64,000 nt of DNA from Solirubrobacteraceae bacterium (GTDB lineage: Bacteria > Actinomycetota > Thermoleophilia > Solirubrobacterales > Solirubrobacteraceae). Below the pieces are notes generated by a model, which saw nothing but the letters and a program-made list of their open reading frames with translations, made no database searches and had not been told where the DNA came from. This document shows positions 56,259 through 64,000 of this stretch, piece after piece (positions within the stretch are counted from its first letter, which is position 1; each line of letters opens with the position of its first letter). A program made the position numbers and the translations under genes. Location: positions 11,595-75,594 of the forward strand of contig JBKQKK010000154.1 in assembly GCA_052147535.1 (NCBI GenBank), read 5' to 3'.

Positions 56259-56334
56259 GCGCCGGCCGGAAGCTGTCAGCCGGCCCAGCGGCCCGCGGGC
56301 CGCAGGGCCGGAGCGCGCGCGCTGCGGGGCCAAC

Positions 56335-57807
56335 TCAGGCACCGGCGTGCTTCCACGAGCGCGCGACCTCGACCAGCAGCCGGACGCCGAAGCCGGTCGC
56401 GCCCTTGTCGGCGATGTAGGGGCCGGCCGTGTCCCAGGCGGTGCCGGCGATGTCGATGTGCGCCCACGGCAGCTCGCCGGCGAAGTGGTGCAGGAACTCC
56501 GCCGCGGTGATCGCCATCGCTTCGCGGCGCTCGGTCAGGTTGGTCAGCTCCGCGTAGCGGCCGCTGACCATCTTCGCGTAGCGCGCGTGCAGCGGCAGCC
56601 GCCAGACGAGCTCGCCGGTGCGCCGCGCACAGCTCTGGACGTGTGCCGCCAGGCGCTCCTGGTTGCTCATCAGCCCCGCGTGCACGTTCCCGAGCGCGAC
56701 GACGACGGCCCCGGTGAGCGTCGCGATGTCGACGATCGCGGTGGCACCCTCGCGGCGCGCGTAGGTGATGCAGTCGGCCAGCACGAGGCGGCCCTCGGCG
56801 TCGGTGTTGTTGACCTCGATCGTGGTCGAGTCGAGCGCCGTGACGATGTCACCGGGCTTGACGGCGGCGGCGCTCGGCATGTTCTCGGTGGCGCCGACGA
56901 CCCCGAGCACGCGGACCGGCGCGTGCAGCTCGGCGAGCGCCGCGATCGCCTCGATCACGGCCGCGGCCCCGCACATGTCGAACTTCATCTCCTGCATCTT
57001 GGCGCTCGGTTTGAGGTCGATCCCGCCGGTGTCGAACGTGACCCCCTTGCCGATCAGAGCGAGCGGCCCCCCGTCCGCCCCGTTCGCCCCGTCGCCGACG
57101 CCGTCGTAGCTGATCGTGATCAGTCGGGCGCTCTCGCGCGAGCCCTGCGCGACCGCCGCGAAGGCGCCCATCCCGGCGGCGCGGATCGCGTCCTCATCCA
57201 GCACGCCGACCGTGACGGCGCTGTCGCGCTCGGCCAGGGCCAGCGCATACTCGGCCAGGCGTGAGGGCGTCAGACCGTTGCCCGGAGTGTTTCCGAGGTC
57301 CCGGGCGCGGTTCTGCGCCTGCGCGATCACCGCCGCCTCGGCGACGATCGCGCCCAGGTCGTGGTCGGCGCTGAGGATCAGCTCGGCGAGCGCCTGCGGT
57401 CCGGCTCCGGCGCTGGCGCGCTTGTAGCGCTCGAAGCGGTAGTCGCGCAGCAGCGTTCCCTCGACGAGCCCGGCGACGGCGGCGTCCGGCAGGTCGTGCG
57501 GGACCTCCCAGCAGAGCGACTCGGTGCGCAGCTCGCGCGCGCGTGCGGCTGCGGCGCCGGCTGCGCTGCGCGCCCGCTCCGCGCCGAACTCCGCGCGCGC
57601 CCCGAGGCCGAGCAGCAGCAAGCGCCGGCCCTCGGCGTGAACGACCGCCAGCCGGCCGTGCTCGCGCGAGCCCTCGCCGCTGCGCAGGAGCGCCCCGAGC
57701 GGCTCGCCCGGCAGATCGTGCGCCACGTCCTCGCCTTCGAACACGCCCACGGCGATCGTGTCCGCGCGCGTCTGCGAGGGCGCGCCTGTGATGGTGCTGA
57801 GGTTCAT
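56335..57807 (-). CDS. pepA: Leucyl aminopeptidase (M17)
   Basis: GKGVTFDTGG, MKFDMCGAA, NTDAEGRLVLAD, ATLTGA, WAHIDIAG. Confidence 0.96.
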   Translation of the reverse strand: MNLSTITGAPSQTRADTIAVGVFEGEDVAHDLPGEPLGALLRSGEGSREHGRLAVVHAEGRRLLLLGLGARAEFGAERARSAAGAAAARARELRTESLCWEVPHDLPDAAVAGLVEGTLLRDYRFERYKRASAGAGPQALAELILSADHDLGAIVAEAAVIAQAQNRARDLGNTPGNGLTPSRLAEYALALAERDSAVTVGVLDEDAIRAAGMGAFAAVAQGSRESARLITISYDGVGDGANGADGGPLALIGKGVTFDTGGIDLKPSAKMQEMKFDMCGAAAVIEAIAALAELHAPVRVLGVVGATENMPSAAAVKPGDIVTALDSTTIEVNNTDAEGRLVLADCITYARREGATAIVDIATLTGAVVVALGNVHAGLMSNQERLAAHVQSCARRTGELVWRLPLHARYAKMVSGRYAELTNLTERREAMAITAAEFLHHFAGELPWAHIDIAGTAWDTAGPYIADKGATGFGVRLLVEVARSWKHAGA

Positions 57808-57847
57808 GCCTGCACCCTAACGCTCTGGCGGCGCCTACCATGAGCGT

Positions 57848-58681
57848 GTGAGGGCTCCTGAGGGCGACCATGCGCTCAGCGCCGCGTTCTTCGACCTGGA
57901 CAAGACGCTGATGCAGGGGTCCTCAGCATTCGAGTTCGGCCGCGCTGCCTACAGGGCGGGCATGATCAGCCGCAGGCGCATCGTCGGCAGTGCGCTCGCC
58001 AACATGCGCTACCGGCTGCACGGCGCATCCGATGAGCGTTCACAGGCGGTGCGCGAGCGCATTGCGAGCTCGCTCGCCGGCGTGCGCGTACGTGACCTGG
58101 AGCGACTCGGCGTCGGCGTCGTATCCGGGATCCTGCCGCGCCTCTATCCGCGGATGCTGGAGCTCGCGCACCAGCATCAGGACTCTGGGCAGCGCGTGTA
58201 CATCGTGACGGCGGCAGCGCACGAGCTCGCCGAGGTGCTGGCGCATGTGATGGCCTTCGACGGGGCCGTCGGCTCGCACCTGTCGGAGGTGGTCGACGGT
58301 CGCTACACGGGCCGCGCCACCGGCGCCTTCCTGTACGGCGAGGCGAAGGCCGAGGCGATCCGTGGGATCGCCGCGCGCGAGGGCTTCGACCTGGCTGCCA
58401 GCTACGCCTACTCGGATTCGGCCTCGGACCTGCCGATGCTGACCGCGGTCGGCCATCCGGTGGTCGTCAACCCGGACGCCGAGCTCGAGGCGATCGCCCG
58501 CGAGCACGGCTGGGAAGTGCTCCGCCTGGACCCGCTGGCACGCTGGCTGTGGGCCGGCGCGGCGCTGGCGGGCGCCGCGCTCGTCGGGGGCACCGCGACG
58601 CTCGCGGCGGCCCGCGCGACCAAGCGTAAGGAGCGTCCGGAGCCGCCCCGTCGGGGCGCGCGTCGGATGCTGACCAGGTGA
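57848..58681 (+). CDS. HAD-IB family hydrolase (SerB1-like)
   Basis: FFDLDKTL, IVTAA, YGEAKA, AYSDSASDLPML, VVNPD; C-terminal TM helix. Confidence 0.92.
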   Translation: MRAPEGDHALSAAFFDLDKTLMQGSSAFEFGRAAYRAGMISRRRIVGSALANMRYRLHGASDERSQAVRERIASSLAGVRVRDLERLGVGVVSGILPRLYPRMLELAHQHQDSGQRVYIVTAAAHELAEVLAHVMAFDGAVGSHLSEVVDGRYTGRATGAFLYGEAKAEAIRGIAAREGFDLAASYAYSDSASDLPMLTAVGHPVVVNPDAELEAIAREHGWEVLRLDPLARWLWAGAALAGAALVGGTATLAAARATKRKERPEPPRRGARRMLTR

Positions 58682-58779
58682 CCCGCGAGCCCGCTCGTGG
58701 CAAACCCCACTCGCGCCGCCTTTCACATACAATGGCGCTGCTCGCAGTCGCAGTGTAAGCCTGTGCCTGCGATACGTCG

Positions 58780-59187
58780 ATGCCCTCCGCCACCGAGAAG
58801 AAGATCCGTGTTGTCGTAGCGAAGCCCGGCCTCGACGGGCACGATCGCGGCGCCAAGATCATTGCCCGTGCGCTGCGTGACGCGGGCATGGAAGTGATCT
58901 ACACGGGTCTGCACCAGACGCCCGAGCAGATCGTCGAAACCGTCATCCAAGAGGATGCCGATGCCGTCGGTCTATCGATTCTGTCGGGTGCGCACATGAC
59001 GCTCGTGCCGCGGATCCTGACCCTGCTCAAGGAGCAGGGTGTGGACGACGTCGTCGTGATCGTGGGGGGGACGATCCCCGCCGAGGACGTCGCCGAACTG
59101 AAGTCGCTCGGCGTCGCCGCGGTGTTCACGCCGGGGGCGTCGACGGAACTCGCGATCGACTTCATCCGCGGCGCGGTCCGCGCGTAG
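58780..59187 (+). CDS. Stand-alone cobalamin-binding subunit of an acyl-CoA mutase
   Basis: [31 protein letters not shown]. Confidence 0.95.
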   Translation: MPSATEKKIRVVVAKPGLDGHDRGAKIIARALRDAGMEVIYTGLHQTPEQIVETVIQEDADAVGLSILSGAHMTLVPRILTLLKEQGVDDVVVIVGGTIPAEDVAELKSLGVAAVFTPGASTELAIDFIRGAVRA

Positions 59188-59269
59188 TGACACACCCGGG
59201 CGGCCGATTGGATCGTCGATCGATCGCTACCACCCCGCTCTGTTCAAGGCAATTCCTTAGGAGGCACCT

Positions 59270-60061
59270 TTGAAGATCTGCGTCCTGGTCAAAGAGGTAC
59301 CGGACGCCGCCGTCGAGAAGAAGATCAACCCCTCGACGGGGCGTATGGACCGATCAGGTGAAAAGAACCTGAACCCGTATGACCAACAAGCGATCGAGGC
59401 TGCGATGCAGCTTCGCGAGGGTGGCGTCGTGAAGGTCGACGACATCGTCGCTGTGACGATGGGTCCCGAGACGGCCGTGCGCGTGCTCCACAAGGCCGTG
59501 TCGCTCGGCGCTGACCGCTCGCTGCACCTGACCGATGCGAGCCTTGCCGGCTCCGACGTCGCAGCGACCGGCTACGCGCTCTCGAAGGCGCTCGAAAAGG
59601 AGCAGCCAGACCTCGTGCTGCTCGGCCAGCAATCCGATGACGGCGAGTGCTACACGATCGGCGCGGTCGTCGCCGACTGGCTCGAGATGCCGTCGATCAC
59701 GCAGGTGATCAAACTCGACGTCGAAGGCGACGCACTGATCTGCGAGCGTCAGGCGGAGTATGGCTACGACACCGTCAAGGTCGAGTTGCCCGCTGTGATC
59801 TCCGTCGGGGATGCGATCAACGAGCCCCGTTACCCGTCGCTGAAATCGATCATGGGCGCCAAGAAGAAGCCGCTTCAGACCGTCTCCGCCGCGGACATCG
59901 GGATCGATCCAGAGATGGTCGGCGCCGAGGGCTCCCGCGTGCACTGCACCGAGTTCCTGGACCCGCCTGCCAAGGCAGCCGGTCAGATCATCGAGGACGA
60001 AGACACCAACGACACGGTCGCGAAGATCGTCGCCTGGCTCGAGGAAAGGAAGCTCATCTAA
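59270..60061 (+). CDS. etfB: Electron transfer flavoprotein beta subunit
   Basis: KICVLVKEVPD, NPYDQQAIE, LGQQSDDG, INEPRYPSL. Confidence 0.96.
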   Translation: MKICVLVKEVPDAAVEKKINPSTGRMDRSGEKNLNPYDQQAIEAAMQLREGGVVKVDDIVAVTMGPETAVRVLHKAVSLGADRSLHLTDASLAGSDVAATGYALSKALEKEQPDLVLLGQQSDDGECYTIGAVVADWLEMPSITQVIKLDVEGDALICERQAEYGYDTVKVELPAVISVGDAINEPRYPSLKSIMGAKKKPLQTVSAADIGIDPEMVGAEGSRVHCTEFLDPPAKAAGQIIEDEDTNDTVAKIVAWLEERKLI

Positions 60062-61044
60062 TGTCCGACGTTCTGACCTACGTCCTCCATTACGAGGGCG
60101 CGTTCAACAAGAACTCGCTCGGAGCCGTGTCCGAGGGCGCCGCGCGTGCGGCCGACGTCGGCGGCGAGTGCCACGCTGTCGTGGTCGGCGGCGCTGACCT
60201 GACCGATGCGCTCTGCACCACGCTCGGCGAGTACGGCGCGACCAAGGTCTTCCGTGCCAAGGGGCCGGAGGGTCTCGCGCAGCCGGTCGTCGACGTGATG
60301 AACACGATCATCGAGCAGCACGGGCAGAACTACGCGCTGTTCGGTGGCGGTCTGCTCGGCTTCGAGATCGGCGCGGGACTCGCGGCGCGCCGGCGCGCGG
60401 GCGTCACGATGGAGGTCACGGCGATCCACGTCGAGGGCGGCCAGCTGGTCGCTGAGCGTCCGATCCTGGGCGACTCCAAGCTCTCGCAGTCTCACTACAA
60501 CCACGGCCTCGGGATCATCGTCGGGCGCATCAACGCGTTCGAGATCAAGCAGGCCGGCAGCGGCCCGGCTGAGGTCATCGACGTCGAGGTCGAGTACTCG
60601 CCGTTCTCCACCAAGTCGACGGTTCTGAAGCGCGGCGAGCAGCGCGGCGAGGACGTTGACATCGAGGGCGCCGACATCCTGATCGCCGGCGGCCGTGGCC
60701 TCGGCAAGCCCGAGGGTTATCAGACCTGCCAGGAGCTGGCGGGTGCATTCGGTGCCAACACCGCCGTTGCGGCGACGCGCGCGGTCGTCGATGCCGGCTG
60801 GTTCCCGTATGCAACACAGATCGGTCAGACCGGCAAGACGGTCGCGCCGAAGCTGTATCTCGCGGTCGGCATCTCCGGCGCGATCCAGCACAAGGTCGGC
60901 ATGGCGAGCTCGGAGAACATCGTCGCGATCAACAAGGACGCGAACGCTCCGATCTTCGAGTTCTCCGACCTCGGGATCGTCGGCGATCTGAACAAGATCG
61001 TTCCCAAGCTGACCGACGCGATCAAAGCCAAGAAGGGTTCGTAG
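60061..61044 (+). CDS. etfA: Electron transfer flavoprotein alpha subunit
   Basis: [53 protein letters not shown]; TAATG overlap with etfB. Confidence 0.96.
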   Translation: MSDVLTYVLHYEGAFNKNSLGAVSEGAARAADVGGECHAVVVGGADLTDALCTTLGEYGATKVFRAKGPEGLAQPVVDVMNTIIEQHGQNYALFGGGLLGFEIGAGLAARRRAGVTMEVTAIHVEGGQLVAERPILGDSKLSQSHYNHGLGIIVGRINAFEIKQAGSGPAEVIDVEVEYSPFSTKSTVLKRGEQRGEDVDIEGADILIAGGRGLGKPEGYQTCQELAGAFGANTAVAATRAVVDAGWFPYATQIGQTGKTVAPKLYLAVGISGAIQHKVGMASSENIVAINKDANAPIFEFSDLGIVGDLNKIVPKLTDAIKAKKGS

Positions 61045-61046
61045 CA

Positions 61047-62783
61047 ATGGCGAGCAACGGCAAGCGGTCGTACGCCCCGAACGAGTTCCCACCTCCGGTA
61101 GATCCGCAGAAGGAGTTCATCAAGCGCGGCCTTGACCCCGAGGACGAGATCATCGAGGTCGGCGTCGTGATCGTCGGCGGGGCGACCGCCGGGCTCGCGA
61201 CGGCCAACCGGCTCCTGCAGTTGCTCGCGGATGATCCGGAGACGATGGAGAAGCTCGGCGAGGTTCCGGTTGCGATCCTGGAGAAGGCGAAGACGTGCGG
61301 CGCGCACGCGCTGTCCGGCGCCGTGATCCGGCCGGAATCGCTGCACGAGCTATTCCCCGACCTATCACGTGAGGATTGGCGCAAGGAGCGCTTTGCGTTC
61401 GGCGAGGTTAAGAAGGAAGCCGTCTACATGCTCCCGAGCGCGACGGCCAAGCTGAAGATCCCGACCCCGCCGAACTTCAAGAACCACGGCAACGAGATCG
61501 TGTCGGTCGCGGCACTCGCCCGCTACCAGCAGCGCCTCGCCGAGGAGGCCGGGGCGTACGTCCTGACCGAGACGGCGGGGATGCAGCTGGTCGTGGACGA
61601 CGGCGCAGTGGTCGGCGTCCGCTCGGGCGATAAGGGACGCGGCAAGGAGAACGAGCAGCTCGGCAACTTCGAGCCCGGCGCCGACATCAAGGCGCAGTAC
61701 ACGGTCCTGGCGGAAGGCTGCTGGGGCCATCTGACTGGTGCTGCGATCAAGGAGTTCAACCTCGGCGACGGCAAGGAGCCGCAGGTCTGGGAGCTCGGGG
61801 TCAAGGAGGTCTGGAAGGTCCCAAAGCCGCTGGACCGACTGATCCACACGATCGGCCCGTGGCCGCTGAAGCTGTCCGCCAAATACGGCCAGATCGGCGG
61901 GACCTGGCTTTACCCGATGAGGGACGAGAGCACCGGGGACGATCTCGTCTCGATCGGGTTCGTGGTCGATCTCGAGTACGCCGACGCGACCACGTCCGCG
62001 CACGATCTGCTGCAGCAGTTCAAGCTGCATCCGCTCGTGAAGGGAATCCTCGAGGGAGGCGAGCGCGTGGCCTGGGGCGCGAAGGCGCTGCCGGCCGGTG
62101 GCTACTGGTCGATGCCGAAGCTCTCGATGCCGGGTGCCGTGATCGTCGGTGACGCAGCGGGGATGGTCGACACGGTGGCGCTGAAGGGCGTGCATCATTG
62201 CGTCACCTCGGGCAGGCTCGCCGCCGAGGCGATCTACAACTCGCTCAAGACGGGCGCGCCGCTGAGTGCGTACGAGGATGCGATCGAGAACTCCTCGGTC
62301 GGCAAGGAGATGTACCAGGTCCGCAACACCCGCCAGCCGTTCCAGAAGGGCTTCATCAGGGGAGCTCCGATGGTCAACATGGCGATCATGACCAAGGGCA
62401 AGATCCCCGGTGGGCGCCTGCCATGGCACACGAACGACAGCACTCCGCTGTTCATCGGCGACACCGCTGAGGGCTATCCGAAGCCTGACGGCAAGTACAT
62501 CTTCGACAAGCTCTCGAGCGTCTATATCAGCGGCAACGTCACGCGTGACGACGCCCCCAACCACATCCGGGTCCAGACGAACGTTCCGCGGGAGATCGCG
62601 GAGGGCTGGAAGTGGATGTGCCCGGCGGGCGTGTACGAGATCCCGGACGACGCGCCGGCGACCGGCCCCGTCGAAGTGATCGTCAACTACACGAACTGCG
62701 TGCAGTGCGGGGCGATCACGGCGAAGGGAGGCCGGCTGACACCGCCCGAGGGCGGCGACGGTCCGCTGTACACCGTCACCTGA
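61047..62783 (+). CDS. ETF:quinone oxidoreductase (FixC/FixX-like fusion)
   Basis: [61 protein letters not shown]. Confidence 0.92.
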   Translation: MASNGKRSYAPNEFPPPVDPQKEFIKRGLDPEDEIIEVGVVIVGGATAGLATANRLLQLLADDPETMEKLGEVPVAILEKAKTCGAHALSGAVIRPESLHELFPDLSREDWRKERFAFGEVKKEAVYMLPSATAKLKIPTPPNFKNHGNEIVSVAALARYQQRLAEEAGAYVLTETAGMQLVVDDGAVVGVRSGDKGRGKENEQLGNFEPGADIKAQYTVLAEGCWGHLTGAAIKEFNLGDGKEPQVWELGVKEVWKVPKPLDRLIHTIGPWPLKLSAKYGQIGGTWLYPMRDESTGDDLVSIGFVVDLEYADATTSAHDLLQQFKLHPLVKGILEGGERVAWGAKALPAGGYWSMPKLSMPGAVIVGDAAGMVDTVALKGVHHCVTSGRLAAEAIYNSLKTGAPLSAYEDAIENSSVGKEMYQVRNTRQPFQKGFIRGAPMVNMAIMTKGKIPGGRLPWHTNDSTPLFIGDTAEGYPKPDGKYIFDKLSSVYISGNVTRDDAPNHIRVQTNVPREIAEGWKWMCPAGVYEIPDDAPATGPVEVIVNYTNCVQCGAITAKGGRLTPPEGGDGPLYTVT

Positions 62784-62838
62784 TCGGGTCCGGATGCGGC
62801 GCGTGCAGCAACTTCGCGCCTAGTAGCTTGTTTAACGG

Positions 62839-63690
62839 ATGATGAGACGGTTCGCGATGATCGCGATCAGCCTGGCGGTCGCGGGCCTGCCGGCGGCCGC
62901 GCTCGCCGCCGCTCGAAGCAGTCAGTCGAGCGGCGGCGCGCGCGCCGAGCTGACCGGTTTCCTGTGCCAGACGGCGCAGGACCCGCCGGCGCGCGTGGTC
63001 TCGGTGACCGCCGTGATGAGGCCGCTGGCGGACACGCAGAAGCTCGCGATCGAGTTCAGGCTGTTCGAGAAGGCGAGCGGCGCGACCGCTTGGACGTTGG
63101 TGTCCGATCCGGTCGCCGATCCACACCTCAACATCTGGCTCTCGCCGGGGATCCCGACGCTCGGGCAGCGACCGGGGGATGTCTGGAACGTCCCGTTCCC
63201 GGTCGCGCAGTTGGCGGCACCCGCCGCTTATCGCTTCCGTGTCAGATTCAAGTGGACCGGCGGTCGCGGCCGCGTCCTCGGGACCGCGGCGCTCGTCTCG
63301 GCTACCTGCCGCCAGCCGGAGCTGCGCCCCGACCTGACGGTCGACTCTGTCAGCGTCAACCAGAATCAGTTGCACCCGCGAGTCGAGGACTTCGCGGTGG
63401 TCATCGGCGATCTCGGCGTGACGGGCGCGGGTCCGTTTATGGTCCAGTTGGGCTACACGCACGACCAGATCGCAGCGGCCAAGGAGCAGACCGTTGCGCA
63501 CATCGCGCCTCACAAGACCCGGGCGCTGCAGTTCGCCGGCCTGCTCTGCGATGCCGGCAGCGAGGTCACCGTGATCGCAGATCCCACTGATCAGATCGAT
63601 GTCTACAGTCGGTCGCAAGCGAACATGACCGTGACCTGTCCGGCCCCAACGATCCCGGTTACCAGTTCGACCGTCAGCTCGAGCGCTTGA
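62839..63690 (+). CDS. Secreted protein with CARDB-like C-terminal domain
   Basis: Signal peptide; [29 protein letters not shown]. Confidence 0.75.
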   Translation: MMRRFAMIAISLAVAGLPAAALAAARSSQSSGGARAELTGFLCQTAQDPPARVVSVTAVMRPLADTQKLAIEFRLFEKASGATAWTLVSDPVADPHLNIWLSPGIPTLGQRPGDVWNVPFPVAQLAAPAAYRFRVRFKWTGGRGRVLGTAALVSATCRQPELRPDLTVDSVSVNQNQLHPRVEDFAVVIGDLGVTGAGPFMVQLGYTHDQIAAAKEQTVAHIAPHKTRALQFAGLLCDAGSEVTVIADPTDQIDVYSRSQANMTVTCPAPTIPVTSSTVSSSA

Positions 63691-63742
63691 CGCCGCGCAG
63701 CGGCCCGGGGCGATGCTCCCCGCTCGCTATGCTAGTGCGACG

Positions 63743-63967
63743 ATGAAGCAAGGAATCCACCCCGAGTATGTCGAGGCACACGTCAGTTGCACGTGCGGCA
63801 ACCAGTTCGTGACCCGCTCCACCAAGCCTCAAATCCACGTCGAGATCTGCTCCGCCTGCCACCCGTTCTACACCGGCAGGCAAAAGCTGGTTGACACCGG
63901 TGGTCGCGTCGAGCGCTTCCAGCGGCGCGTCGCCAAGGGCCGCCGCGCGGCCCGCGCTACCGCCTGA
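63743..63967 (+). CDS. rpmE: 50S ribosomal protein L31 (zinc-binding form)
   Basis: [33 protein letters not shown]. Confidence 0.98.
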   Translation: MKQGIHPEYVEAHVSCTCGNQFVTRSTKPQIHVEICSACHPFYTGRQKLVDTGGRVERFQRRVAKGRRAARATA

Positions 63968-64000
63968 GCCACTCAGACGTGGGCCGCCCGGCCGCCACAG

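Noticed and set aside
58682-58779. Cobalamin riboswitch before the B12-binding subunit
   Set aside because: Under 100 bp with no B12-box; it contains only a TACAAT -10-like element.

Overview
Very GC-rich, gene-dense bacterial chromosomal DNA. The mix of a flagellar cluster with fliW-csrA and typically actinobacterial genes (mprAB-like pair, glpX, Rv3030/3031/3034c/3038c-like genes, ArsA pair) points to a flagellated deep-branching actinobacterium such as Thermoleophilia/Solirubrobacterales (inference). Left to right: late flagellar cluster (fliD, flaG, GT2-TPR glycosyltransferase, fliA, FlhB-C-like, fliK-like, flgF/G, rod-binding protein, flgN-K-L, fliW, csrA); MprAB-like two-component system; divergent xth / ligD; a lower-GC secreted Ig-repeat protein with a sigma-28 promoter; csp; korAB plus two thioredoxin-fold genes; two cyclic-di-AMP riboswitches ahead of cell-wall hydrolases; egtB-egtD; glpX; moeA; an RpoD-type sigma; a degenerate HEPN-like protein; an ArsA pair; a coupled parA-ftsZ pair whose FtsZ has a ~200-aa N-terminal extension; a methylglucose-lipopolysaccharide-like gene set; meaB and a B12-binding subunit; etfBA and ETF:QO; rpmE. 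No rRNA, tRNA, CRISPR array or mobile element was seen. Strongest candidates for new biology: the ParA / N-extended FtsZ module, the MGLP-like cluster outside mycobacteria, and the remote sigma-28-controlled Ig-repeat protein. All family calls are from motif recognition by eye; no searches were run.
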